Positions 34,250 to 42,560 of a DNA stretch of 64,000 nucleotides are shown here, in pieces. Below the pieces are notes generated by a model. That model made no database searches. It was not told the origin of the DNA and worked only from the letters and a program-made list of their open reading frames with translations. Every line of letters starts with the position of its first letter. Positions within the stretch are counted from its first letter, which is position 1. Source of the DNA: Clostridiales bacterium UBA1775 (lineage in GTDB: Bacteria > Bacillota > Clostridia > Monoglobales > Firm-18); contig DCGP01000041.1 in assembly GCA_002314595.1 (NCBI GenBank), positions 273-64,272 of the forward strand, read 5' to 3'. The translations under genes and the position numbers were made by a program.

Positions 34250-35122
34250 TTGAACTTTATAACTGAATATATTTGGATACCTTTGGTTGCAATATACGGT
34301 ATTTGCAAAGGCTCAAGAGAAGGTGTCAAAAAGAAGGCAATGGAAAAGGACAGTATGATGAATGTGCTGTTTTTATACACCTTAATCGGATTTTTGTTTT
34401 CCGTTCCATTTGCCGGAAACCCATTTGATATTCCGGGGATTTTTTATTTATACATATTTATTAAATCCTTTGTAATATTTTTATCTTGGATACTTTCCTT
34501 TTCGGTCATTAAGAAAATGCCCATTAGCTTGTATGGTGTCCTGGATATGTCAAGAGTCCTGTTTTCTACATTTTTGGGGATTACAGTTTTAGGGGAAGTA
34601 TTAAACATTCCACAAATTATCGGTCTTTCGATAGTTATAATAGGTCTTTTGTTAGTTAATACAAACAAAAATAATAATGAAGAAAAGGTGCGACCCCTAT
34701 ACATTTTAGTTGCCGTGATTTCCTGCTTGTTAAATTCTGTTTCAGCACTCTTGGACAAGTTGCTTTTAAAAAGCAGTTTAATAACAAGTGGTCAATTACA
34801 ATTTTGGTTTATGTTTTTTATGGCTGCAATGTATTTGGTATTTCTTTTCTGCAAAAAAGAAAAGCCGAACCTTTCTTCATCATATAAAAACTTATGGATT
34901 GTACTTTTAAGCGTACTTTTAATATTAGGGGACAGGTGTTTGTTTATTGCAAACGAAATGCCCCAAAGCAAGCTTACAATCATTACATTGGTAAAGCAGT
35001 GTTCAACACTTGTTACCATTGTTTTAGGTAAAATAATGTTTAATGAAAAACGCTTTATATTTCGTTTATCCTGTGCAATATTTATGATTGGCGGAATTAT
35101 GCTAAGTGTTATATTTAACTAA
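34250..35122 (+). CDS. EamA/DMT-superfamily membrane transporter
   Basis: About 10 predicted TM segments in two EamA-like halves. TTG start 3 nt after the kinase stop. Confidence 0.7.
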   Translation: MNFITEYIWIPLVAIYGICKGSREGVKKKAMEKDSMMNVLFLYTLIGFLFSVPFAGNPFDIPGIFYLYIFIKSFVIFLSWILSFSVIKKMPISLYGVLDMSRVLFSTFLGITVLGEVLNIPQIIGLSIVIIGLLLVNTNKNNNEEKVRPLYILVAVISCLLNSVSALLDKLLLKSSLITSGQLQFWFMFFMAAMYLVFLFCKKEKPNLSSSYKNLWIVLLSVLLILGDRCLFIANEMPQSKLTIITLVKQCSTLVTIVLGKIMFNEKRFIFRLSCAIFMIGGIMLSVIFN

Positions 35123-35779
35123 GCATTCTCTCATAAAACGAATGCCCTCGTTAATAGACATATTCTTATTAAAAATACTTGAAGTGCCTGCAACGAAAAT
35201 GTTTGCCCCGGCAAATTTCATTAGTTTAACATTTTCAAAGCTAACATTTCCGTCAACTTCAATTTCAATATTGTTATACCCTTTATCATCAAGGTACCTT
35301 CTAACTTCCTCAATCTTTTTAATGGATTGAGGAATTAGTTTTTGCCCTGAAAATCCCGGATTTACAGACATTATTAACACACCATCTATATCATCTAACA
35401 CATTTTCTAACATATAAATTGGTGTAGCAGGGTTAATAGCTACCATCGCCTTGCAACCCTTTTGCTTAATTAAATTAAGTGTTCTTTGCAGATGCTTTGT
35501 TGTTTCTAAATGAACGGAGATATAATCTCCACAGCCCACATTGAACCAATCTATTTTTTCCTCCGGCTTTTCTACCATTAAATGAATATCCAAAGGAATG
35601 TTGCATCGTTCCTTTAAACTTTTACAAAAATCTGTTCCCAATGTGATATTAGGTACAAAATTACCATCCATTATATCGATATGTAAAAGCTCTATTCCTT
35701 GTTCTTCAAAAACATCTAAGGCTTCTTCAAGCTTAAAAAAATCAACACACATCATTGATGGAGATATTTTATCCTTCAT
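35102..35779 (-). CDS. Ribulose-phosphate 3-epimerase family protein (Rpe/AlsE-like)
   Basis: HIDIMDGNFVPNITLG and MSVNPGFSGQ motifs. Confidence 0.85.
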   Translation of the reverse strand: MKDKISPSMMCVDFFKLEEALDVFEEQGIELLHIDIMDGNFVPNITLGTDFCKSLKERCNIPLDIHLMVEKPEEKIDWFNVGCGDYISVHLETTKHLQRTLNLIKQKGCKAMVAINPATPIYMLENVLDDIDGVLIMSVNPGFSGQKLIPQSIKKIEEVRRYLDDKGYNNIEIEVDGNVSFENVKLMKFAGANIFVAGTSSIFNKNMSINEGIRFMRECLVKYNT

Positions 35780-36773
35780 TATCTATTACCACCTTGCAAT
35801 AAAAATCTTTTCCCTCTCCCATCATTTTAACTGCCTTTAAACAATCCTTTAAAGGAATTTTGTGAGTAATTAACCTTTTAATGTCAATCTTCTTTTTTGA
35901 AATTGCCACCAGGCTTTCCTTCCAATTATTCTCATAACTTGCATAAGAGGAATTCCACGTTCCTGATATTTTTAATTCCTTGCGTAAAATGTTTTGATAG
36001 TCCTTTGGTGCTAAGGTAACATCTCCCGACGGATTGCCCATAAACACCAATCTACCGGAAGGCTTTACGGCACTAATTGCATTTGCTACAGCACTTGACG
36101 CCCCTGTACCTTCTAATACTACATCAATTTCATCAGCATTTTTATTATATTCTTTAAAGCCAAAGTTTTTGCAAAATTCAATTTTTCTAACATCAATATC
36201 GATATAATAAACTTCCTTAGCTCCATAGCTTTTTGCCCACATACCGGCAATTATTCCAATAGGCCCTGCCCCTGTAATTAAAATGTTTTCGCCACCCTTA
36301 ATTTCAAGCTTTTGGATGGCGTGTAATGCCACAGATGTCGGCTCACACATAGCAGCTTCTTCATAGCTTACATTGTCAGGAATATTAACCAAATTCCACT
36401 TTTTAACTGCAACATATTCGGCATATCCACCATCACATCTTGAACCATAATAATTATAATTACTACATTGTGCATATTTTTCAACCTTGCACATTTCACA
36501 TTCATTACATGGTATTAGAGGAAAAACTGCAACTCTTTTTCCTGTTAATTTATCTTCTTTATCATATACTACACGGCCGGCAAATTCATGTCCAGGAACA
36601 GTTGGAAAATGATAGGTTCCTGTCCTTAAAATTCTGCCTATGTCGCTTCCACATATTCCACAAATTTTGACCTTTACCAAAACCTCATCATCACAACATT
36701 TTGGAATATCTTTTTCCTCGTATCGCAAGTCCCCGATACCATATAGATTTGAAACTTTCATTTTTAATTCCAT
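35769..36773 (-). CDS. Zinc-dependent polyol(-phosphate) dehydrogenase (MDR family; sorbitol / galactitol-1-P dehydrogenase-like)
   Basis: CGICGSD, GHEFAG, a structural zinc cluster CNECEMCKVEKYAQC, and Rossmann motif GAGPIG. Start at the ATG at 36773 (AAGGGG RBS). The track ORF carries 34 spurious upstream codons. Confidence 0.85.
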   Translation of the reverse strand: MELKMKVSNLYGIGDLRYEEKDIPKCCDDEVLVKVKICGICGSDIGRILRTGTYHFPTVPGHEFAGRVVYDKEDKLTGKRVAVFPLIPCNECEMCKVEKYAQCSNYNYYGSRCDGGYAEYVAVKKWNLVNIPDNVSYEEAAMCEPTSVALHAIQKLEIKGGENILITGAGPIGIIAGMWAKSYGAKEVYYIDIDVRKIEFCKNFGFKEYNKNADEIDVVLEGTGASSAVANAISAVKPSGRLVFMGNPSGDVTLAPKDYQNILRKELKISGTWNSSYASYENNWKESLVAISKKKIDIKRLITHKIPLKDCLKAVKMMGEGKDFYCKVVIDNEG

Positions 36774-36846
36774 AGCATTTTCCCCTTTTCCTAAATTATA
36801 TATTCTGTACTTTGTATTTGCAATATGTGGCTTTATTATTGACAAA

Positions 36847-36894
36847 CAATCATATTTATGATACAATTCAATCATATTTACTCATATTCAATCA
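36847..36894. promoter_or_regulatory. Direct repeats in the ADH / DeoR divergent region (candidate DeoR operator)
   Basis: CAATCATATTTA at 36847-36858 and 36869-36880 (22-bp phasing), plus a partial third copy CATATTCAATCA at 36883-36894. Confidence 0.3.
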
Positions 36895-36909
36895 CGAAAA
36901 GAGGGATAT

Positions 36910-37617
36910 ATGTTGTTTTTTAATGAACGATATGATCAAATTATAAAGATTTTGAAAGAAAGAAATGGCGCAACTGTCTTATATTTAGCAAATCATTTGC
37001 ACGTTAGTCAGCCTACAATAAGGCGTGATTTAACACTTTTAGAACGGGACGGAATAATAAAAAGAACCTTTGGTGGTGCAGTAATTAGCGATACTAAAAC
37101 CTCGGAAATATCTCTTTTGGTACGTGAAAGTGAGCAGAACAAGGAAAAGGACATCTTAGCGCAAATGGCTCTAAAATACATATCTGATGAAAGTGTGCTT
37201 TTTCTTGATGCGTCCTCTACTGTATCAAGAATTATTAAATATCTTCCAAAATTTTCAAATTTAACAGTTATTACAAACAGTCCTAAAAACAGTCTTAAAC
37301 TTGCCGAATTGCACATAAAATCCTTTTGTACAGGTGGACTAATGCTTGAAAATTCCATTGCTTATGTAGGCAGACTTGCAGAAAGCTTTATTACTAACTT
37401 TAACGCAGATGTATTCTTTCTTTCAAGCAGAGGAATTACCGAAGATGGAGAAATAACAGATTCATCATTAGACGAAACATTGATTAGAAAAATTATGATG
37501 AAACAATCTAAAAAGAAAATAATGCTTTGTACTAATAACAAAATAGGGCAAAAGTACCCATATAACCTATGTAACGTTGACGATGTTGATGAAATAATAT
37601 ATGGTTTAAACAAATAA
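36910..37617 (+). CDS. DeoR/GlpR-family transcriptional repressor
   Basis: HTH LANHLHVSQPTIRRDLTLLERDGIIKR plus a DeoR C-terminal sensor domain. Confidence 0.85.
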   Translation: MLFFNERYDQIIKILKERNGATVLYLANHLHVSQPTIRRDLTLLERDGIIKRTFGGAVISDTKTSEISLLVRESEQNKEKDILAQMALKYISDESVLFLDASSTVSRIIKYLPKFSNLTVITNSPKNSLKLAELHIKSFCTGGLMLENSIAYVGRLAESFITNFNADVFFLSSRGITEDGEITDSSLDETLIRKIMMKQSKKKIMLCTNNKIGQKYPYNLCNVDDVDEIIYGLNK

Positions 37618-37650
37618 AAAATACCGTAGCCTAAGCTACGGTATTTTTTA
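37616..37650. terminator. Bidirectional terminator between the DeoR gene and rubredoxin
   Basis: Stem ATACCGTAGC (37621-37630) / GCTACGGTAT (37635-37644), flanked by A5 and T5. Confidence 0.8.
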
Positions 37651-37657
37651 TATAAAT

Positions 37658-37813
37658 TTATTCTTCTGAAAAAGATTCCTTACCTAATCCACAGATTGGA
37701 CAAACCCAAGAATCCGGTACTTCTTCCCAAGGTGTTCCGGGCTCTACGCCATTATCAGGGTCCCCCAATTCCGGATCATAAATGTAACCACACATACAAA
37801 TATACTTTTCCAT
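37658..37813 (-). CDS. Rubredoxin
   Basis: 51 aa, [14 protein letters not shown]...WVCPICG (two CxxCG knuckles). Start at 37813 with GGAGGT 7 nt upstream. The track ORF has 14 extra codons. Confidence 0.9.
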   Translation of the reverse strand: MEKYICMCGYIYDPELGDPDNGVEPGTPWEEVPDSWVCPICGLGKESFSEE

Positions 37814-37865
37814 AGTTTTTACCTCCATAATTAAAATATATTTGTATTGTATCACATAATTTTAA

Positions 37866-38924
37866 TTAAATCAATACTTCTTTTCCAATTTCTGCTGATT
37901 TATATATTCCGTCTAATATTTTCATAATTTCAATGCCGTCCTCTGCAGGTGCCATACACTTTGTTCCGTTAAGGATACAATCTACAAAATGGTCAATCTC
38001 TGCTTCAAAGGCTTCACTAAATTCATAAGGCTTTACGTCAGGTAATTTAACGTCTGCAAGGTAGTCGTTAACCTCTGTATACATTTCAAGCTCGGGGTAC
38101 ATTTTTACGCCACCCTTTGTTCCGTATAGGTCTAATGTGCATGAGTCTTGCTTGATATTTAGTGCAAAGCTTACCTCAACCTTTAATGTTGCACCATTGT
38201 CAAATTTAATAAGTGCAGATGCCAAGTCTTCAACTGTGCATACGTCCTTTTCAGTTTTGCCAACAGATGTATATGACCTACTGCCTTTAATGTTGCTACG
38301 GTCTTTTAGTTTTTCATAGGTAACTGCATAAACTGAAACAGGCTTTGGATTGCCCATTATGTAGCGTGCCAAGTCGATAAAGTGAACACCTAAGTCAATA
38401 ACAGGGCCACCACCTGAAAGTTCTTTATTTGCAAACCAGCCACCCGGGTTTCCGTTTCTGCGTAAATATTCTGTACGAACATAGTAAAAATCACCAAAGT
38501 AATTTTTATCTGCAAATTCCTTTACAACCTTTGAATCTCTGTCGTGTCTGCAAACAAAGCCTACCATCAAAAGCTTGCCGTTTTTGTCTGCCGCTTCCTT
38601 CATTTTCTTGGCTTCCTCTAAATTTATCGCCATAGGCTTTTCTGTGAATACGTGAACACCGGCATTTAGCGCCTTAATTGCAGATGTTGAATGAGCAATA
38701 TTCCAAGTGCAAACACTTACTCCGTCAAGGTTTTCCTTTGCCAACATTTCGTCAACATCTGTGTAAAGATGGTCAACATTGTAGGTTTTGCCCATCTTTT
38801 CAAGCTGTTCCTTGTTAATATCACAAAATGCACATAATTCTACATTAGGATTTTTAATATATCCGTTTATATGATGCTTTGAAATGTTACCTACACCGAT
38901 AACACCAACTCTTAATTTTTTCAT
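37866..38924 (-). CDS. Gfo/Idh/MocA-family NAD(P)-dependent oxidoreductase
   Basis: N-terminal Rossmann LRVGVIGVGNIS and EKP motif FTEKPMA. AGGAG RBS. Confidence 0.85.
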   Translation of the reverse strand: MKKLRVGVIGVGNISKHHINGYIKNPNVELCAFCDINKEQLEKMGKTYNVDHLYTDVDEMLAKENLDGVSVCTWNIAHSTSAIKALNAGVHVFTEKPMAINLEEAKKMKEAADKNGKLLMVGFVCRHDRDSKVVKEFADKNYFGDFYYVRTEYLRRNGNPGGWFANKELSGGGPVIDLGVHFIDLARYIMGNPKPVSVYAVTYEKLKDRSNIKGSRSYTSVGKTEKDVCTVEDLASALIKFDNGATLKVEVSFALNIKQDSCTLDLYGTKGGVKMYPELEMYTEVNDYLADVKLPDVKPYEFSEAFEAEIDHFVDCILNGTKCMAPAEDGIEIMKILDGIYKSAEIGKEVLI

Positions 38925-38935
38925 AATACTATCTC

Positions 38936-39784
38936 CTAACCGTTAATTTTCTTTTTCAAGAAGTCTAAGGCTTCTGTAATATCTTTTAATGGTGTTTCGC
39001 CAACTTCTCTTTCAATTGTTAAATAACCCTTGTAGCCTATTTCTTCCAATGCTTTTAGGTACTTATCAAAATCTACCGAGCCTTGTCCTAATGGTACTTC
39101 TATGCAAGAATCGTCCTCTAAAAGTTCCTCTTCGGTTGTTACGCCATACAAAACCTCAGGGTTTTTGTAATATATCATCTTGCCGTCCTTGGCGTGAGTA
39201 TGCACAATATAGTCCTTTAAGTTATATACAGCCTCTGCTGAATCGTCCCCAACTACCATTGCAAGATTTGCAGGGTCCATATTAACTGCAACACCCTTTG
39301 AACCTAAGGAATCCAAAAATCCTTTTAATGTAATTGACTTTTCAGGACCTGTTTCTATTGCAAAATGTGCACCCATAGAATCTGCAAATCTTGAAAGCTC
39401 AAAACAAGCTTCTTGCATAATCTTATATCTTTCGTGATTTTTATCCTCCGGCACAACACCAATATGTGTTGTAACAATATTTGTTCCAAGGTCAAGTGCC
39501 ATTTCTACAACCTTTTTAGACTTTTCAATTAAGATTGGATTTCTTTCCGGTCTCCAAAAGCCTTCACCGAAATCCCCACAGATTGCAGAAAAACAAAGTC
39601 CGTTAGACTTAACTATATCCAAAAGTTCCTTTCTTTTTTCGCCAACTAAATCCTCCGGTGTTTTTCCCGGCCTTGTACCGTACATTTGCAAGCCTTGTGC
39701 CCCGATTTTCGCGGCAGTTTCAATTGCAGTTTTAGTGTCTGTTCTAAATGATTCTACCATTACACCAATAGGAAAATTATACAT
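38936..39784 (-). CDS. Sugar phosphate isomerase/epimerase (xylose-isomerase-like TIM barrel, AP_endonuc_2 family)
   Basis: 282 aa, with typical family spacing of acidic/His residues (...THIGV..., FAIETGPE, HTHAKD, ...TIERE). Confidence 0.75.
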   Translation of the reverse strand: MYNFPIGVMVESFRTDTKTAIETAAKIGAQGLQMYGTRPGKTPEDLVGEKRKELLDIVKSNGLCFSAICGDFGEGFWRPERNPILIEKSKKVVEMALDLGTNIVTTHIGVVPEDKNHERYKIMQEACFELSRFADSMGAHFAIETGPEKSITLKGFLDSLGSKGVAVNMDPANLAMVVGDDSAEAVYNLKDYIVHTHAKDGKMIYYKNPEVLYGVTTEEELLEDDSCIEVPLGQGSVDFDKYLKALEEIGYKGYLTIEREVGETPLKDITEALDFLKKKING

Positions 39785-39901
39785 ATTTCGTCAACCTCCA
39801 AAAATTAGTATTTACAAATTGATTATATCGTGTTATACTCATAATGTAAAGTCTTAAAATTGCCTTGTTTTGGTAATATATTGACTTTTGGGAGGAATAA
39901 A

Positions 39902-40738
39902 ATGAAAGGTTACGTTTACGAAAAGCATGAACTTGTAAATTTATCTTTCCCTGTATTATTTCATTATGATGAATTACATTTGGGGCATAAATTTTCAGTT
40001 CATTGGCACGAAAATATCGAAATTTTGTTTATGCTAAACGGTCATGGGACTGTTACAATTGAAGATACCGAGCACTCTGTTAAAGAAGGAGATATCATTG
40101 TAGTAAATTCTAATCGCATTCATCACGTCCGCTCTCTTACTGACAGGCTTGAGTACTATTGCTTGATTATTGACAAGGACTACTGTGATTCCTTGGGCTT
40201 TAATTTAGACCTTATAAATATTGACGAAAAGTTTAATGACGATAAGCTATTTGATATTATTGCTGAAATTGCCTACGAGGTTAACAATAAAGAGCTTTAT
40301 TTTGAGTCTATCGTTACCGGAAACGCTCAAAAGATTTTGGCTAATTTGTTCAGGAACCACGTTAGCAATATTTCCGAATATAACAGCACCGTTGCAGGTG
40401 TGGAAATGATTAAACGGTCTATTGAATATATCAAAAAGCATTATAGTGAAAAAATTACACTTGAAGATATTGTTGAACATATTGGCTACAACAAATTCTA
40501 CTTTTGCAGAACATTTAAAAAAATGACAGGGGTTACGGTTAACGCATACATTAACAACGTGCGTATCCAAAAGGCAAGTGCAATGCTTGTAAATAACGGT
40601 TGCTCTGTAAATGAGGCTGCATCAAAATGTGGCTTTAATGACATATCCTACTTTACAAAGGTATTTAAAAAGCGTACAAATATGATGCCTTCAAAATTTA
40701 AGAGCAATTTCGTTTCAGAAACCAATAAAATGGAGTAG
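39902..40738 (+). CDS. AraC-family transcriptional regulator (cupin sensor + HTH)
   Basis: N-terminal cupin (HWHENIEILFML...GDIIVVNSNRIHH) and a C-terminal AraC HTH pair (FCRTFKKMTGVTVNAYINNVRIQKA..., GFNDISYFTKVFKK). Start at 39902 with GGGAGG. Confidence 0.85.
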   Translation: MKGYVYEKHELVNLSFPVLFHYDELHLGHKFSVHWHENIEILFMLNGHGTVTIEDTEHSVKEGDIIVVNSNRIHHVRSLTDRLEYYCLIIDKDYCDSLGFNLDLINIDEKFNDDKLFDIIAEIAYEVNNKELYFESIVTGNAQKILANLFRNHVSNISEYNSTVAGVEMIKRSIEYIKKHYSEKITLEDIVEHIGYNKFYFCRTFKKMTGVTVNAYINNVRIQKASAMLVNNGCSVNEAASKCGFNDISYFTKVFKKRTNMMPSKFKSNFVSETNKME

Positions 40739-40763
40739 TTTTAACTTCAAATGTTAAAAATAT

Positions 40764-40795
40764 AACAGAGCAGAAACTTTCTGCTCTGTTTTTTA
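40764..40795 (+). terminator. Intrinsic terminator of the AraC-family gene
   Basis: Stem AACAGAGCAG (40764-40773) / CTGCTCTGTT (40781-40790), then TTTT. Confidence 0.75.
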
Positions 40796-40841
40796 TGAAA
40801 GATACTCTATTTCTTATAACAAAATTATTTATTTTAATTAC

Positions 40842-41837
40842 CTATATCACATATTCTTGATTATTATATGTACTTTTGTACGCCTTTTCTATATTCTCTG
40901 CAATTCTTTTAATAACAGATACACATACAGAATTTCCTGCTTGTTTATATAATCTTGCATCACTCACATCGTCAGGAAGTTTATAATTTTTTGGAAATCC
41001 TTGAGTATTAAAACACTCTTTGGGTGTCATTTTCCTTATACCATTATTCGATTTTATTATGCAAACATTGTGTCCCCCTTCACCTTGATTTGCAGTCAAA
41101 GTAGGAACAACCCCACTTTTATTTTTTCGCACATATTTCCTTCTCCACTGATAAATAGCATTTGGATCGTCCATAGCCTTAACTAATTGTTCATATATAT
41201 CGCCCTTATACTTTCCCTTAGTATAATAATATTTATCATTTACTTTTTCTTCAAAATCAATTATGTCGCTGAGCTTTGTTGTAAGTTCTATTGGCATAGG
41301 AAAGCAAAATCTATGATAAACTTCTTCGTTCTTAAAGGCAACTATGTATATTCTTTCCCTATTTTGTGGAATATTACCATACTCCATTGCATTTAAAACA
41401 GAAAACTTAATATAATAGTTTTCTTTTTCTAACTCTTCAACTATTGTTCTAAAAGTATTGCCGTTATCGTGCCCAACAAGATTTTTTACATTTTCTAAAA
41501 ATATAATTTGGGGTTGCTTTTTTTTTATAATTCTCATAAGTTCAAAAAATAAAATCCCTCTTCCTTTTTTGTCGTTAAACCCCTCTCTGTTACCAGCAAT
41601 ACTGAAAGCTTGACAAGGAAATCCTGCAAGCATAACATCAAAATCAGGTATTTCTTCCGTTTCAACATTCTTTATATCTCTACAATCCACATTAATATCA
41701 AAATTTAACTCAAATGTTTTTACTGGATATTGATCAAATTCATTAGCATAAATTGTTTTAAAAAAACCTGTATTTTCAAACCCCTTATCAATTCCCCCTA
41801 CACCTGCAAAAAAAGATGCACATTTTAATTCTTTCAT
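40842..41837 (-). CDS. DNA (cytosine-5)-methyltransferase (type II R-M modification subunit)
   Basis: Motif I FAGVGG, motif IV GFPCQAFS, motif VI ENVKNL, motif VIII QNRERIY, motif X GNSVCV. Start at the ATG at 41837 (AAGGAGGG RBS). The upstream 32 codons in the track cover a terminator and a promoter. Confidence 0.92.
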   Translation of the reverse strand: MKELKCASFFAGVGGIDKGFENTGFFKTIYANEFDQYPVKTFELNFDINVDCRDIKNVETEEIPDFDVMLAGFPCQAFSIAGNREGFNDKKGRGILFFELMRIIKKKQPQIIFLENVKNLVGHDNGNTFRTIVEELEKENYYIKFSVLNAMEYGNIPQNRERIYIVAFKNEEVYHRFCFPMPIELTTKLSDIIDFEEKVNDKYYYTKGKYKGDIYEQLVKAMDDPNAIYQWRRKYVRKNKSGVVPTLTANQGEGGHNVCIIKSNNGIRKMTPKECFNTQGFPKNYKLPDDVSDARLYKQAGNSVCVSVIKRIAENIEKAYKSTYNNQEYVI

Positions 41838-41861
41838 AGCGTCTTCCCTCCTTACAAATAT

Positions 41862-41890
41862 ATCATACCATAAATCGCGGCGTGCTGCAA
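41862..41890 (-). promoter_or_regulatory. Dedicated sigma-A promoter of the methyltransferase gene
   Basis: Reverse strand: TTGCAG (41890-41885), 17-nt spacer, TGgTATGAT (41867-41862). Confidence 0.5.
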
Positions 41891-41895
41891 TATAA

Positions 41896-41928
41896 TTTTT
41901 TAAAAAGTAGAGATAAAACACTCTACCT
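41896..41928 (-). terminator. Hairpin terminator immediately after the endonuclease gene
   Basis: Reverse strand: GTAGAG (41926-41921), 8-nt loop, CTCTAC (41912-41907), then TTTTT. Confidence 0.5.
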
Positions 41929-41934
41929 TTCATA

Positions 41935-42480
41935 TTATTTTCTATTATCCTCTATAATTTTACATTTCCTTATATCAAAGATTATATCCGGAGTCAGATT
42001 TTTTGCATTTACAAAAAGTTCTTGAAGACTTACGTGCGGTCTTCTTCCTTGGTCCTTTTGTTGTTGAATAGTTTCTTTTTTATTTGCAGGATATTTTCCA
42101 AATTTTTTTGAATCTATTTTCAAATCATAAATGTATAATTTGTTTTCTTCAAGATTAAATCTTAAAAATACTAGATTATCAAAAACACACTTTGGTCCAA
42201 AAGAGGATAAATCTCCTTCAAATCTTGAAGTTGCTTTAAACTCAATTTTCTTGTTTGTTTTTGGATCTGTTGCATCTCCTGTCTCGTCTCCCCTATTCCA
42301 CAAATATCCTAAACAATAACATCCCATTGGCTCGCTAATAGCATCTGGCATATTAATCCCTCTGTGGCTGTTGTTAGAAATATATGTATTCAAGTCTTTC
42401 CATTTAAAATAAGCATTGCAAGTCTCATCTATCCTTGCATCATCTATTTTTATGTGTCCAAAGTCTTTGTATTTTGGCAT
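41935..42480 (-). CDS. Small type II restriction endonuclease candidate (PD-(D/E)XK-like)
   Basis: 181 aa, directly upstream of and co-oriented with the C5-MTase. It has a possible D...(E)xK arrangement GDATDPKTNKKIEFK. Its size and context resemble small Bsp6I-type enzymes, but that is recollection, not a search result. No SD sequence precedes the ATG. Confidence 0.55.
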   Translation of the reverse strand: MPKYKDFGHIKIDDARIDETCNAYFKWKDLNTYISNNSHRGINMPDAISEPMGCYCLGYLWNRGDETGDATDPKTNKKIEFKATSRFEGDLSSFGPKCVFDNLVFLRFNLEENKLYIYDLKIDSKKFGKYPANKKETIQQQKDQGRRPHVSLQELFVNAKNLTPDIIFDIRKCKIIEDNRK

Positions 42481-42514
42481 ATCATACTAATTAGAGTGTT
42501 TTACCTCTTCTTAT

Positions 42515-42543
42515 ATTATACTATTTATTTATTTTAAAATCAA
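42515..42543 (-). promoter_or_regulatory. Sigma-A promoter of the endonuclease gene
   Basis: Reverse strand: TTGATT (42543-42538), 17-nt spacer, TATAAT (42520-42515). Confidence 0.5.
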
Positions 42544-42560
42544 TATTGTATTTAAAAACT

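Noticed and set aside
41838-41933. N-terminal 32-codon extension of the methyltransferase ORF (track start 41933).
   Set aside because: This stretch contains the post-R terminator hairpin, a -35/-10 promoter and the AAGGAGGG RBS for the ATG at 41837. Motif I (FAGVGG) follows that ATG at the normal distance.
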